From assembly GCA_016748015.1 (NCBI GenBank), contig JAAOMT010000441.1, positions 62,001 to 126,000 on the forward strand: a DNA stretch of 64,000 nucleotides. Reading direction: 5' to 3'. Origin of the DNA: Geosiphon pyriformis uo1 (Eukaryota; Fungi; Glomeromycota). A model generated the notes under the pieces. The model saw only the letters and a program-made list of their open reading frames with translations, ran no database searches and was not told the DNA's origin. A program made the position numbers and the translations under genes. This document shows positions 11,789 to 25,300 of this stretch, piece by piece. Positions within the stretch are counted from its first letter, which is position 1. Every line of letters starts with the position of its first letter.

Positions 11789-14700
11789 CCATTGATCCAA
11801 ATTCCTGTATCTCTCTAACAGTAATCCCTAATTTTTCCCTGTTTCCCACTGACACTAATTGAGCTATTTTCACCAGAGGTAGAAATATTGCTTGTGCTAT
11901 CTTTTCATTTGGCTCTATGATATAGGCCTTTTCAGAGTCATTTTGTAGCATAGCAATAATATTTCTTACATATCCTACATTAATTATTCCTCCTCTAATG
12001 TTGATTTTTTTTTTTGCTAGGCTACTTCTAAATGCTAATTGAACTATGGTTGTTGCTAAAATTTCCAGAGCTATTTTGAGATCAATACATGTGCGCAAAT
12101 TTGGTTCTAATTTGATGGCTTCTTTTCCCAAATATCTCAGATCAAACTCTGCATCAGTATTATGTGTGCATTCTGACATGATATCTTTATTATTGTCACT
12201 ATACTATTTGAGTTTCTGCTCCTTAGAGAGATCAGAAAGTGCAATATATATTTCGGGATTTGAATTGGAGTCTGAATTGCTGATATTTTTGTTGCCATTT
12301 TGAGTGGAGCTAGAACCATTATTTTCATTATTGTTATTGTCAGAGTTTGAATTAGGATTGAAAATTGATTCTGATTCCAATGCACAGTTGCTGATTGGTT
12401 CTTTTTCCTCTGGAATTATGTAGATCATGCATGGTGGTGGATTGTAAATGAGGTTACACTTATTATAATATTGAAAGTTACATAGAATTAAACAGTAGTC
12501 ACATAGTCAAATGTTGATTTCTTCCAAGCATTGCTCCTGTTCTTTTCTCATAAGTGCTAGCTCTCGATAATGTTCATAGAATTGTTCTAGATCTAGAAGA
12601 TTTATGACTGGTTCTGGGTCCCAATTGAGTTCTATAGATTCAGGTAGGTTGTTTTTATCTCTTCTGGTGTTGCTCCTTTAATTTTGGTAAGTGCTATTCA
12701 CCAGATTTTGTCATTATCATGTGGATATCCATCCAGATGTTTGATAGTTCATCTCCAGGCAGTGTCTATGGGTGTTTCTTTTCTCACCCAGTCACTTATG
12801 AAAATTGTGTATTAATATAATTTATTGCATGTTCCTCTTCACCCAAGAATATTGTTCCATATTCCTTTATTCAGAAGAGTTTCTCCACAAGCCAAACATA
12901 GTTCATTGTCCCATTTCCCAATCCGTTTTGGCCTTTCAAAGTGTTCAATGATGCATGGGTGGTAGTAGAATTTTGTTGTTGAAGTGTACTCTTCATCGTC
13001 ATCACAACAAGTGCTCATTGATAACAATTTCTTGCTGCAATCGATGCATATCAGTTTTGGGCAGCAATAAGTAGATCAGTGGGGTATAGTATAGGAATTA
13101 TAAGTGGAGTTGCTGTCAGTTGTTGGTTCTTTTTTTTTCCCCTTTCCTTTTCCCTTTTTGTCTTCTTTCTATTTCCAATTTATTTGTTCTTCCTGGTCAT
13201 TGTCAGTTTTCCAGACTTGGTTGGCTTTCCAGATAAGTTCTTTGCTCTGCTTTCTTTTGCTGTTGTTATCCCATGAAGGTACTGGTGGTAGCTCATTGTG
13301 TTCGGTGTCAGCCCAGGAAACTTGGCAGACTTCTCAAGTAGGTTTCTTTTCCTCTTTCTTGAATTTGATAAGTGAGATTGTCAAGTTGGTGGTCTTAAAA
13401 TGGCCACATATAGCTGATATATATGTGTATTGGCTGTTCTGGCTAATTTAAAGCTCCTACATATTCCAATCAAGCAATGCATTGGTTTTGGATAGCCAAT
13501 CATTCCCAACGAGTGCTTGGTATTGGGTGGCTTCTATAATCAGTACTTTGATTGGGACCATAATACTGTTGATTTTGATGAGAAAGTCGTTGATCTTACC
13601 AATGGGAGTTTTTGTTGTTCCATCAATGATTATAATTCTGGCACTGGTAGTGCAATCAACTCAGCGACCTAATTGGTCTATGAATTGTTTTATAATGATG
13701 CTGCCAGCTGATCTACTGTCTAGAATCAGTTTGATGAAGTGGCCATCAACTTTGGCATCAATATACATGGCTGTAATAAGTTTTTCTTCCAGAGCAGCTT
13801 CACTAAATAACAGCATGATTGACAGTTCTTCAAGTTTAAATGGGAAGATGGCATCCAGTAATTCATTCTCAGTGATAGTAGCTGGCAGAATATTGCTGGT
13901 AAGTGTTGGTTGTTGGTTGGTCTCCGGATTATTGAGTTGGGTGTCTTCTGTAATAACCAAGAGACTTAAATAGTTCTGAGAATTTGGGTTTTGGGTGTAC
14001 CCAGTGCTCAAATTCCATTGTCGAGATCCTGCTGGTTGTATAGAAGAACTGGAGATCAGTTGATGAACTATTATTAATGATCTCCAGCTTTGTTGGGTCA
14101 ATCTTGGCCTTTGAATTCCAATTTGAAATAAGTTCTGTAGCAGTGTTTGAATTTGTTGGGGCTGATAGATTACCTAAGGCTGTGGCTGATAAATTGTCGG
14201 TGTCATTGGTTGATAAATTGGTGCTTAATATACTGGTGGATGATAAAGTGGCTGCTGTGTTATAGGTATGTAATTCTGATGATATGGCTTTAAGTTTGGT
14301 AGGTTATTCAGAATTTGAAACCAGCAATCAGGGTTTTAATATTGGTATTTAAGCAATGGTGGCAATTGATTTGTAGGTGTCTTTGTTTACCACAATAGTG
14401 GCAAACATGCATTTCTTGTTGCCACTGTTGATTGGTCAATGATAATAAACGCGACTGATTCTGGAAATGATTTGTGTTTTTGGAATTATTGTATCATTGT
14501 AGTGATTAATAAATTGTGCGATTGTTAGCTAAGTATTCTTCTAATTTCTGATTGATAAAATCACTAAATTGTTTCAATTTGAAATTCAATTCAGATGATT
14601 CATTCATTATTAGATTAATGGCTTGGGCGTGGTTAGCTTTGAGTTCAGTGGCTTCAAAATCTCGAGCATTTATGATGGCTGTTTGCAAATTGATAGGATG

Positions 14701-16103
14701 CAATGGACATACGCATTGTAGGATGCTATTGTGTAATCCATGAATAAACTAATTTAAGATCTGGGCCACTGTGAAATAATTGGCGTTGATGGCTTAGATC
14801 TGATGCAAATTTCTGTGAAAGTGTTCTAAGTAAGTAGTGACTGCTTTATTTTCTCTTTGTTTAATGGTAGTGAATGTGTTTGCTAGCCTGTTAATGCTGT
14901 TATTGTTGCTGAAGTATTTTAAGAACTCAATTTTGAATGCATTGAAATCTTGGGGTTTGTTGACTAGACTTTGGTATCATGAATTGGCAGTATCCTGGAA
15001 AAAATATGGAATGGCTTGTATGGCTCTGGTGTTATTCCATCCATTAGCTACAATAGCTTTTTCCACATTATTTAGCCATACTTGGGCATTGTCCTTTTCA
15101 CTGGTGAATTTTTCGAGTTTGGCTATTGGTGCATATGCCATTGGATCTAAGTTGGATTGTGGTTGCTGCTGAATTTGTTGTTAAGGTAGTGGTTGTGACT
15201 GTTGTTGCTGTTGGATATTTGGTGGAGCTAGTGATAGATTGATCACGATTACTAAAGGTAAATGCTGATTAATTATGTCAAAGTTTTGATTATTTTGATT
15301 TTCTGGAGTTTGATTAACTGGAGTTTTAATTTCTGAATGTTCTAGGATTGGGTTTTGCTTATTAACTTCCCAATCACTACTCTCTTCTTCCTCAGAGTTG
15401 GTTATTTCTCAAGGACTAACAGCTTCAAAATCTGGTTGTGATGGTGGTAATCAAATCCTTAATGGTATTGGAGATTGTAATTTAAATCCCTCAAAATAAT
15501 TGCCATATGTTTCTAATAACTCTGCCTTTTTTTGTTTACTTTAAAATGGAATTCTGTTTAGTGGCATTGTCATACTTGTTGTAATTGTGTTTATTATATT
15601 GATAGTGCTTTTGGATGTGTGGTGATATGATGGATTAGCAGATGAATCAAATCTTTGTTTCTTTCAAGTGAGTAGTTGGATTTGCTTTGGTGTTCCTGCT
15701 GGTGTTTGTAGTCTTCCTTTGCCTTTGTCTGCAAAAGTAATAGGAAATTTTTGTTTGGTGTATTTTTCAATTTCCCTGTTTATTTCTGTAATTAGGGGTG
15801 CAAATAGGTAATTTTGTGGAAGGGTGGTACTTTGGAGTAATTCACTAAAGAAGTTGTTAAAAGTGGATTCTGAATCTTCTTGGCCTTCTAAGTAATATAC
15901 TATTCTTTTGTTGACATAGCAATTGAAAGCTGATTTGGTTGGCCAACTATTATTTGTTAATCCAAAATGAGTGTAATAGTGTTGGAATAAGGATTTTGCA
16001 AATCCTAAATGGTTTGTTCCTATTTTTTTGGATTCTGCCACTGTTTAGATAATTATAGTTGGTACTGTTCTCTGTAAAATTATACTTCACAGGGAGCACT
16101 AAA

Positions 16104-16988
16104 TGTTACAGATAATTATTTGGGGTTTCAAATCAAATAACAAATCTATAACTTGGTGCTTAATATCTTGACAATGCTGGTAATATTAGTACATTGGTTG
16201 TATCTGAAGGTTTTAGAGTTAAGTCCTTTGTATAATGAACAGAGATTCAATAACAATGTAGTTGGTTGGTAAGTTGTGTTTCCAATTTCTGTCTTTAGCT
16301 TGGTGGCCAGTTTATTCTAACAGTCGTGTTCTTCTAGTAAGCTATCTATTAATATATATATAATTTTACCCTTATTTCTGGGTCTTTTACCAGGCTATTC
16401 ATGACGTCAATTACTCAGCACTTTAATCCTTAATCAGTTATTATATGACAGTAAAAATCAAAAAAAGAAAGAAATAAAAGAAAATAAAGAAATAAGCCAA
16501 GGCAATATACACGTTAGTATCTTGTCAATAGCTGTGATCAAGAGCTATTGTTCCAACATGGTTAAGTATCAATTACTATCAACATAAAGTGTTGATAGTG
16601 GAGAGTGGATTTGAATAGTGAATGATTTATTTGTTTAATATTTGTGAATAGAAGATTTCTAACTAAAGAATTCTTATCTTTCTATTTCTAATGCTACCAC
16701 TATATATACATAATTAATGTTCTACAAGATCACTCACATTTCTGAATAATGTGCTATGATTTCTTGAGCAATGCTTACATTGCTGAGTAATGTGCTCTAA
16801 TTTTCTAACATTGCTCCACATTGCTGAGCAATGTGCCATGTTTTCTGACATTGCTTCATATTGCTGAGCAATGTGCTGTGATTTTTATCATTGCTCTACA
16901 TTGCTGAACAATATGCTCATGTGCTACATACTATTCACTCATTGGTCTACTATTCTCTCTATATCTGTTTTTCTTTTTATGAGTAACA
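16104..16988 (-). repeat. 5' LTR of host element 1 (885 bp)
   Basis: Minus strand runs TGTTACTCATA (16988) to TGTAACA (16104), then TT and a decayed PBS TAGTGCTCCCTGTGA. Shares core blocks such as CAATAGCTCTTGATCACAGCTATTGACA with the element 2 LTR. Confidence 0.9.
16736..16916. repeat. Tandem array of five ~41-bp units, each with the palindrome ACATTGCT-G-AGCAATGT, in the U3 region of the element 1 LTR
   Basis: Units start at about 16736, 16777, 16818, 16858 and 16898. Confidence 0.85.
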
Positions 16989-17029
16989 CTATTCATAAAG
17001 TGAGGGTTAATAAATAGATAAAAAAAAAT

Positions 17030-17295
17030 GCTATAATTTTAAACTAAAAAAGAAATAAAATTGAATATTTTTCTTACTTTTGCTGCTATTGCTATATATA
17101 TATAATTTGTATTATATGAAATTCCTAGAATTTTGCAATTTTTTTAAAGGAATTTTGTAATTTTTTGCAAAGAATTCTGGAATTCTGAAATCTTACAATT
17201 CTTTTAGAGAAATTCTAAAATTTTTCTGTTACTACATCTACTTTTAATTGGCTATTTTTCTAACTATATAATACTCCTAATTTCTATAAGTAACA
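17030..17295 (-). repeat. Decayed partial LTR of the element 2 type
   Basis: Minus strand starts TGTTACTTATAGAAA at 17295 and has GAATTCCAGAATTC repeats and CAAATTATATATATATAGCAATAGC, resembling the element 2 U3/TATA region. Confidence 0.65.
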
Positions 17296-17464
17296 ATACT
17301 TTTTTTTAGACATATTGCTATTTAAAATAATTATTAAGTTTATCATAAAAAAATTATTTACTTAAAAAATATTACAAAAAAATAACAAGAAAAAATAAAA
17401 AACTTCTTATTCAAAAATATGTTCTTTAAAAAATTTGGAACATAAAAGAGAAAAAAGTTTGATT

Positions 17465-20400
17465 TTTTATTAATTATTTTTATTATTATTATTTAACAAG
17501 TGTAGTCTAACCACTATCTAATATAAAGAAACAAATTAAGTAAATCTAACCAAATATGATTCACATTTTTACTATATATGACCAGTTATTTGAATTAATC
17601 AAAGTTATATTATGTATCTATATATATTTTTATACTATTACAAATATCTGAAAAAAATAAACAAGCTTTTTACAAGCCAAAATTCACAGCAAATAACTTT
17701 ATAATACTAAAAAAAATAAACAATATTCACTAATAGACAATTAAGCACATGATCAGAAAGAGCAGAAACTACTTCTATATTACTAACCAGACCACTTTTT
17801 TCTATATTTACCCTGAATTTTATTCTAAACAACTACAGTTTATTTTGATAATTTTCAGCCAGATGTTAAGCAAAATTAACTATCACCAAAACAGCTTTCT
17901 TTTTATTACCAAAAATTATAATCATTTCATTTGTCCAATTCTTAAAAACAAAATCTTTGCATAAAGTTGCATAAACACTAATGTTAGATATTTTAAAAAG
18001 AAGAGTATACAGCACTAAAGATAATAATAGAAAGCATCCAGCCATCAAAGACTTTTACAAATTAATATGGTTCAATAGAATCTTAAAACATGTTTTTGTT
18101 TTCTTTAAGCAAGTAAAAACATGATTAAATAATTCTATATTACTATACATCAAACACAATACTTTAGGATAATTTTTGTTATAAAGTTTTTTTTTAATAG
18201 CAACAAGCAGTTTTCTGTAAACTGCTTTTATCAAATATGTATAGAGAGTAATTAAGGCCTTGCTTGTAAACTTTGAAAGCATATATGAGTTTGAATGCCA
18301 AATTGCTGTTATACTAGTTTAATTTATATTATCAATTATATCTTTTTTTACTATTTTAGTACTTGGATCAACTTTCAATTGAGCATGACAAATAGTTTTA
18401 TAAATGTTTCAAACAAAGTAGTAAGTATTTTTTAACACAACTTTTCTATTAGCCACAATAAATCTTTCATAAATTTTCTTAGAGAGAACTAAACCAGAAT
18501 ATACAACATCATATGTAAGAGTATTAGTCTTATCATTATTAGCATTTCTTAAATATTTCTTGACTTTTACTTACTTAACTAAAATATTCTTAGCTCTGAT
18601 TAAATTAACTATATAATGTTTTTTTACTTAGCATCTGTTTCAAAAGTCTGGCAAATATAGTTAAATTTCAAAACACATACATTTAAAGCAATTTAACTGT
18701 CTGTATGCATAACTACTAAGCAAAAAAAAACATGCACTTTAGTGTTAGAATGCTTGTTTGAAGTTCTATTAATATAAAAGACAACAATCTATGTATTTCA
18801 ATACCTATATTCAATTCAATATTAGAAAAATAAGCTGTTGTTCTACCAGCAATCTTTACAATATTCAATTGTTTCAAAAATTTATCTATGTAAATATTAA
18901 AGACATTAATCTATAGTTTATGTAAATATTCCTAAATATTTGAAAATTCACCTAAACAAATAACATTTGAGCAGCCAGAAATAAGAGTAATCTTATTAGT
19001 TTTGGCCAAATAAACATTCATATAAACTAAAGCCCTATTGAACTACAGAGATACTGAACTTTTAACACTTAATTTTTTTTAGTAATAAAAAGTTTTTCAA
19101 CTTATCACAAATCTATGTTTATCTAACAATCTATCATTAAAAATAACATTAAAATACTTTAAAAAAGGAATTACATCATAATAAAAAAAGTTTTTTGGAA
19201 TTTTAAACATAGAAAAGCAATTAGTATTATGAAACACATTGGACAAATTGTTAATCAAAAATAACTTATTAACCAAAAAATTGTTCACAAAACTGATTCT
19301 TAATTTAACAAAGTACTATAAAAAATTTATCAAAACCCATTTCAAAACTTACAAATCCAAAAAGTAATATTTAAACAAATGACCAAAAATCTCAAATACA
19401 TTAGAAAACCCAATTCATAAAACAGTCTTCTCTTTTGTCTGTATCTGTTTAAATGTTTTCAGTCTATAAAAAAAAAAATAATGCAAAGTTTCACTAGAAA
19501 AGTTTTTTGGCAGGTTGGCTTTAGATTTGAACTTTTTTTTCAACAACACATTTTATTTCTGGCATATATTCTTAAATACAAAACTAAACTGTATATAGTA
19601 ACTAATAATAGATTGTAAAACTGCTGAAACCAAATAAGAAAATTATTTATTAGACAATGTCTTTCTTAAAACTAAGTTAGAAAAAAACTTAATATCTGAA
19701 TGTGTTTTGACAAGACTTAATGTAAACAAGCTCTCTGTTAATAGAAAGATATTCAAATATTTGTGAAATTCACTATGTTTAACTATAAAAATTGGCTAAT
19801 CACTAATGTGCAATAAAGCATTTATAATCTGTTAATTAATAAAAATTGCTACTATCTTGTTATTATTGATAGAAATGTTATTAATCTCAAAAAACTTATT
19901 AGCAATATCCAAAATATACTACATTAAAGCTTGACTATTTTCTATTCAGATCATATTATTAACAAATACACTTGCCACAAAAAATAAAAATCTATTTTCT
20001 TTTACCTCTATTTTATTTGTTTTTGTCACAAAGTTTGTGTTAATTCTGTATTTATACAGATGTTCTTGTCTTTTAATCTCATATAACAAAGAGTTATAAA
20101 AAATTTTTTATAAGAGTAACAAGAAAATCTCACTTTAATCTAATTTATTTAATACTTTGTACTTATTTAAAAGACTAAAATTAGTTATTATTCTATTAAT
20201 TTTGTTTATATGTATATTTTCAAAAAATTTAATAAATTTTTTACACATTCTTATTTGTTTTAAACTAGTTTCTAAGTACTATTACCTAACTGAATTATAG
20301 ATTTTATGCATATTTTGCAATATTAGTCAAACTTTCTGACTTTTTTCCAAAATATTTTTTATTATTAAACCAATTATAAACACAAAAAATTGAATTAAAG

Positions 20401-21175
20401 TGTTTTTTAAAACTGAAAAATTATTATTTTAAAAAACATTATATTTAATATAAGTAAACAAAATACAGTCTAAAAAAATCTTAAAAAGTATCTTTCTACC
20501 TATCTCAATTAATACAATGAGTTATGTATTTGTTAAAACATTTTTTTAATTATATGGCTTAAGGATTATTAAAACTTACACCCTTTTTCAAAGAGTCGAA
20601 ACATTTCTAAGTACCAGACAAAAATTCAAAAAACATAATAAGCAATCTAATATTTTATCTTTAAAATACTTTCAAAGTTTATTTAATATGTTTAACAAAC
20701 CAACTGCTTTTTTATCAAATAGTCTATCAATTACCATAATTAATTTATGCATATTAATCTTATTTATTATTTTGGAAAAAGCATTTTTCTTTACATAACC
20801 CAATAATACATATTGTCAAGACTAAATAGTAAGCAATACTAAAAGCATTTTGTATTCTCTCATTTAATTCACTTTTATTTCATTAACTTTAAGTTTTATT
20901 TTTTTTGAATTTAAAACCAACTTCTTTCCAATTATTAAATGGTCCAAAACCATCTTACAAAATAACTAATCCAGAACATTTTTTATCATGCTTTTTTTGT
21001 TAAAACTAAAATTTTCTATTCATTTTTCAATTACTTTTTTGATGGCTAAATCTTTGACAACTTTTAATTCATAATACTTAAATTTTCTGTACTTTTTTCT
21101 AATCAATAACAAATATTTAATAGCATCCACTAAATTTGTACTATTTTGAACCAAAATATCATATATTTTAGTATA
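17465..21175 (-). mobile_element. 5'-truncated, heavily AT-decayed LINE (copy C; RT, RNase H, 3' UTR, TAA-repeat tail)
   Basis: Colinear with 48370-52070. ORF 18055-18282 (SKFTSKALITLYTYLIKAVYRKLLVAIKKKLYNKNYP) matches 48929-49270, and the 3' end ATTTAACAAGTGTAGTCTAACCACTATCTA matches 48373 onward. Confidence 0.85.
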
Positions 21176-22341
21176 TTATTTTGAAAAAATCTTGAATAAA
21201 AAAAACTTTTATTTCAAGTTAAAAAAAATACTTTTTTAATAATCAAAAACTGTTTTGTATTTAGCAAAGTACTATTTGGCTGTTTTTACTGTAAAAAGAG
21301 CTTTTTGAGTAGTTGTATTATTAGAAATTAGAAATAAAAAATTGTTTTTTTCTTATTTTTTGTTTCAATTATGATCATAAAAATATAAAAGAAAAAGAAT
21401 TTTTTTATTTTATTTCATATAAATTTTTATATAAATTAATTTTTTAAATTTATAGATTATTATTTATTGTATAATATAAGGCATTTGAAGTTATCAAGTC
21501 TTGATAATCAGTTTGAATTTGGAAATTAATTTTATTAATTAAAAAAAATTATATATAAACTTGATTTAATTCTTTTAAAATATTATCCAGAATTCTTCTA
21601 TGAGACTTGTATTTTTTTTAACCGCATATTTCGCAAGTTTATCACAAATTTCGTTTCCCCATTGTTGCTCTAATATTCCTCCTTATTATTCTCTCAATAA
21701 TCTTCTTTTACATTTTTCCAATATTCTTTTTCGTTAATTTCTTTCTCGTCATCTTTCTTTTTGTCATCTTTGATTGTGAAAATTGATCAAACATATTCTA
21801 TTTGATTGGGGAATTTATCACGTGTTACTCTGACTTTTATTTCCGAAATCTTAATAATTTTGAGAAAAAATTATTTTAATTTGAAAATTTGTTCCGATAT
21901 ATAATAGAACTCAACCTAACTTATCATTTTTTATCAGATCTAATTTAAATTATTTATTTAAAAATTAGGTAAGATTTCTTTGATGAAATTTTTAAAAGTG
22001 CTGTGCCACTATTTGGTTTTTTTTACCAACAGATCTCGTGATTTTTAGGGTACAAAATTAAAAAGATGCAATGATGCCGTGCCAAGTAAAACTAAGGCAA
22101 TCTAATTCATGATCTATCACAAATGGGTAAGTCGTATTATCATTTCAAAGAAGCCACAAATTTATATTATTAGAAGAGAATACCCTGCGAATAACTATAT
22201 ATATAGAGGTAGTCCAGGCCACGCATGAGCTCGATTATTGACCCCCAACTACTGGATACAGTAGTATCTACCAACACACATACATAACCAACCCCATATT
22301 CCTACATATTGCGATAAACACAAAAAAGTCCTCAAAAAAAA

Positions 22342-25300
22342 ATGGCGACCAGGCAAGGAGCGACCACTTGTTGTTTCCTTTGTCATTTTTTCAATATTTT
22401 TTTTTCTTTTTTAATTCTTTCAGAATCGAACTGTAATAATTTGTTGTTTTTTTCAATATGAACCGTCAAAATGTATATTCTATGTATTTATGTTTGGAAT
22501 TAATAAAGATTGGATCGTCTGGTTCTTCTCTTGGATACCGGGTCCACCCCAGCTGTGAGGTTGACTGCTGCTCAACAGTTGGGCGAAATTCAAAAACAAC
22601 ATCCCGGAGAGTTATACAATTTGTTATCTAGGGTGCTGTGCAAAATTTGAACATTTCTTTTGGGGGTGGGAGAAGTTTGGGTGGTGGTGGTGGTGATGAT
22701 TTGGGTGTTTGATGGCAAAAATTTATGAATCTTGGTCTTAAAGTACCATCTGCAACGACTTTACGCGTTTTTAGGTAATCGTCCATTTACGTAGTAAAAA
22801 TTGGGAGACTCGAATCGCTGCGGGGCAAGCAATCGAATCGATTGCTAATAATTTGCCTCAATGGAATCCACCTGAACGTATGCGACATTGTTAAGGGTAT
22901 ATGGCCCGAAATCATGCGTCATTTCAATTATTTATTAACAATTAAGTTCTCATTATGGCAAATTGCTTTCTTGATCTTGAAAAACCAGCTTCTAAAGCTG
23001 ACACTACTATCCCTATTTCGAGTCTCCATATTCACAGCAAATATTCCTTTGATAATTTTGATATTGCTAATGTATTACAAGGTGGTCGATTACTTTTAGG
23101 TTCTGCTGGAAAGGTATAGTTTAAGCTTAATGGGATAGCACTAATATCGACACTTATCGGCATGCAAAATGTAAACGTTAAAAACTCAATCCTTTACAGG
23201 AATATGATTTTGATCTTAGTGAACTAGATCCAGCTGAACGTCTGGCCCTTCAGCGTAAAAATCTTAGCGAAAGATTGGGATTAGGCAGTCAATTCATGGA
23301 CGGTAAGTGACCAGTGACGTGTGATCGGATAACTTCGATGTATTTTGAAATTATTTTTTCGGTATATCTGGAAATTCCAGCTCATCTTCTGAATTCACTT
23401 AGTTGATCTCTTCGATGATGTCGATATCGTTGATCCCGTGAATATATCACCTCCACCACCCTTATCCCTCACTCCGCTTAATCAAGAAACTTCGTCTTCA
23501 CAAACAAATAAGTTATCTGAAATCCCAATCGACTCCGAAATGAGCGGAATGAGTGCCAGAGAAAAAAATAGGCTTAAGAGGAAAGCCAAAAGAGACGCAA
23601 AGGATAAGGGAAAGGACAAGTATGTATAGTTAGATGAAGGTTATAAAAGAAATTAATTTCTACATTGTTTAATAGCAAGAAATCATTTTCGAACCCTCAA
23701 GGGTTCGTGTTGTAGATCTCGGTGGTCGACGACCAAGTACATCTGAAATCGTCAAATCATCACCAAATATTCCCTCAAAAATCAACTCGCCTCCACCTGT
23801 GAAAATTGAAGATGGTTAGTGTATTCTTTTTAATCAAATCTAACTGGAATATTGGTCAAAATCTTGATACCTATGCTCAATTCATACTAAAATCCGTAAT
23901 CATTAAGGTATGCCAGCAGAAGGTTTCTTCAATTTTACACCACAGCCCTGTTCCAATAAAATAGTAGTTGAGGCCAAAAATGAAAGTGGGACTAATATAT
24001 TGGAAGGGCAATCAAATAGTTGGCCTTTTGAAGGTGTTTGCGAATTACTTTGTATGGATTTGTTTGAGTGCGTATAGAAAAACTCACCCTCATAAGAATT
24101 GCTTTGAGTTAAATCCAACGGTTAATCATATTTGAGATCTTTTTAAATTAGCCCCACATGGGAGATACGCCATGGGGCCGGAATCGGATTAAGAGAAATT
24201 CTTAAAGTCCATGGTTCTGGTGCGGGCCGTGTCGGTATGTATTTCTGGTTGATAGAATTTGAATTTCCGAAATCGAATTTTATCTGATGATGAACAGGTT
24301 TAACCATACCTATTGATAATTTGAAGTTGGTTTGACAAAATCTGAGAACCAAGAAAGGCATTACAAGTGGTTGGAAGATGTTGCAATACGGTTACTATGT
24401 GTCTTTTCATTAGATAGATTCGGTGATTTTGTGTCAGATCAAGTAAGTCCTCAAGCATTTTTACCATAAAGTAAATTTGATGACTTAAGAAACCTCAATT
24501 TTGATAAATTTCTTATACCACGATAACTATAGGTCGTCGCCCCTGTACGTGAGACTTGTTCTCAAACACTTGGCGCTCTTATGCGCTATATGTCTCCAAA
24601 AGGTGTCGAGAACGTACATAGAGTACTTTTACGCTTGATATACCAAACTGATTTATCACAAGATAGCACTTCATCAGTTTGGGAAGTTCGACATGCCGGT
24701 ATGTTGGGTTTGAAATATGCGGTCGTGGTCAGGAAAGATTTGGTCGAAATAATGTTGGAAGGGACCATTGGTGCAGTTGTGTTGGGGTAAGCTATTCGTG
24801 AGGGGTAATATTGTTTTTAGAGGCATCGTTTTAAATTACTCTTACTATAGTAATTATTTTTGTATTTTAGATTGAAAGACACTGATGATGATGTTCGTGC
24901 CGTTGCTGCCTCTATTCTGCTTCCTATTGCAGAATCTTTTGTTCAACTTTCCCCCCATAAAATCCCTGAAGTAGTCATTGTCCTTTGGGATTGTTTAAAA
25001 GACTTGAAGGATGATCTTACAGCTTCAACAGCTAACGTCATGGATTTGTTAGGTGCGCTTGCGTTCAATTTTCTTTTATACCAAAATTCAACTGTCGATT
25101 ATTTATATTTTAAAGCGAGTTAAAATTAATTCAGAAATATTTTCCCATAGCGAAACTATTTTCATTCCCAAGTGTTTTGGAATATATGCGGACAGCGGCC
25201 GCATCAGGTCCAAGGTAGTCATCAATAAATCTTAAATCCTTGTAATTTTATAAAATAATCCAAAATTTGCTATTATTCTTCAATATTAATATTTTGATCC

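Larger units (their letters stand above)
11789..16988 (-). mobile_element. Host Ty3/Gypsy element 1, 5' part (LTR, gag, protease, Cys-rich region, dUTPase)
   Basis: Minus-strand ORFs are colinear with element 2: 15664-16041 (gag N-terminus), 14506-14703, 13661-14101 (LILDSRSAG), 12839-13027 (Cys-rich) and 11742-12179 (DAEFDL, RSSLA, EKIAQ, FGSM). Confidence 0.92.

Noticed and set aside
4763-15172. Antisense ORFs over the Gypsy elements (e.g. 4763-5056, 5392-5778, 13482-13973, 14837-15172)
   Set aside because: They are shadows of gag/pol codon structure with no independent motifs.
16736-16916. Palindromic repeats with spacers that resemble a CRISPR array
   Set aside because: The spacers are similar to one another, the array lies inside a eukaryotic LTR, and there are no cas genes.
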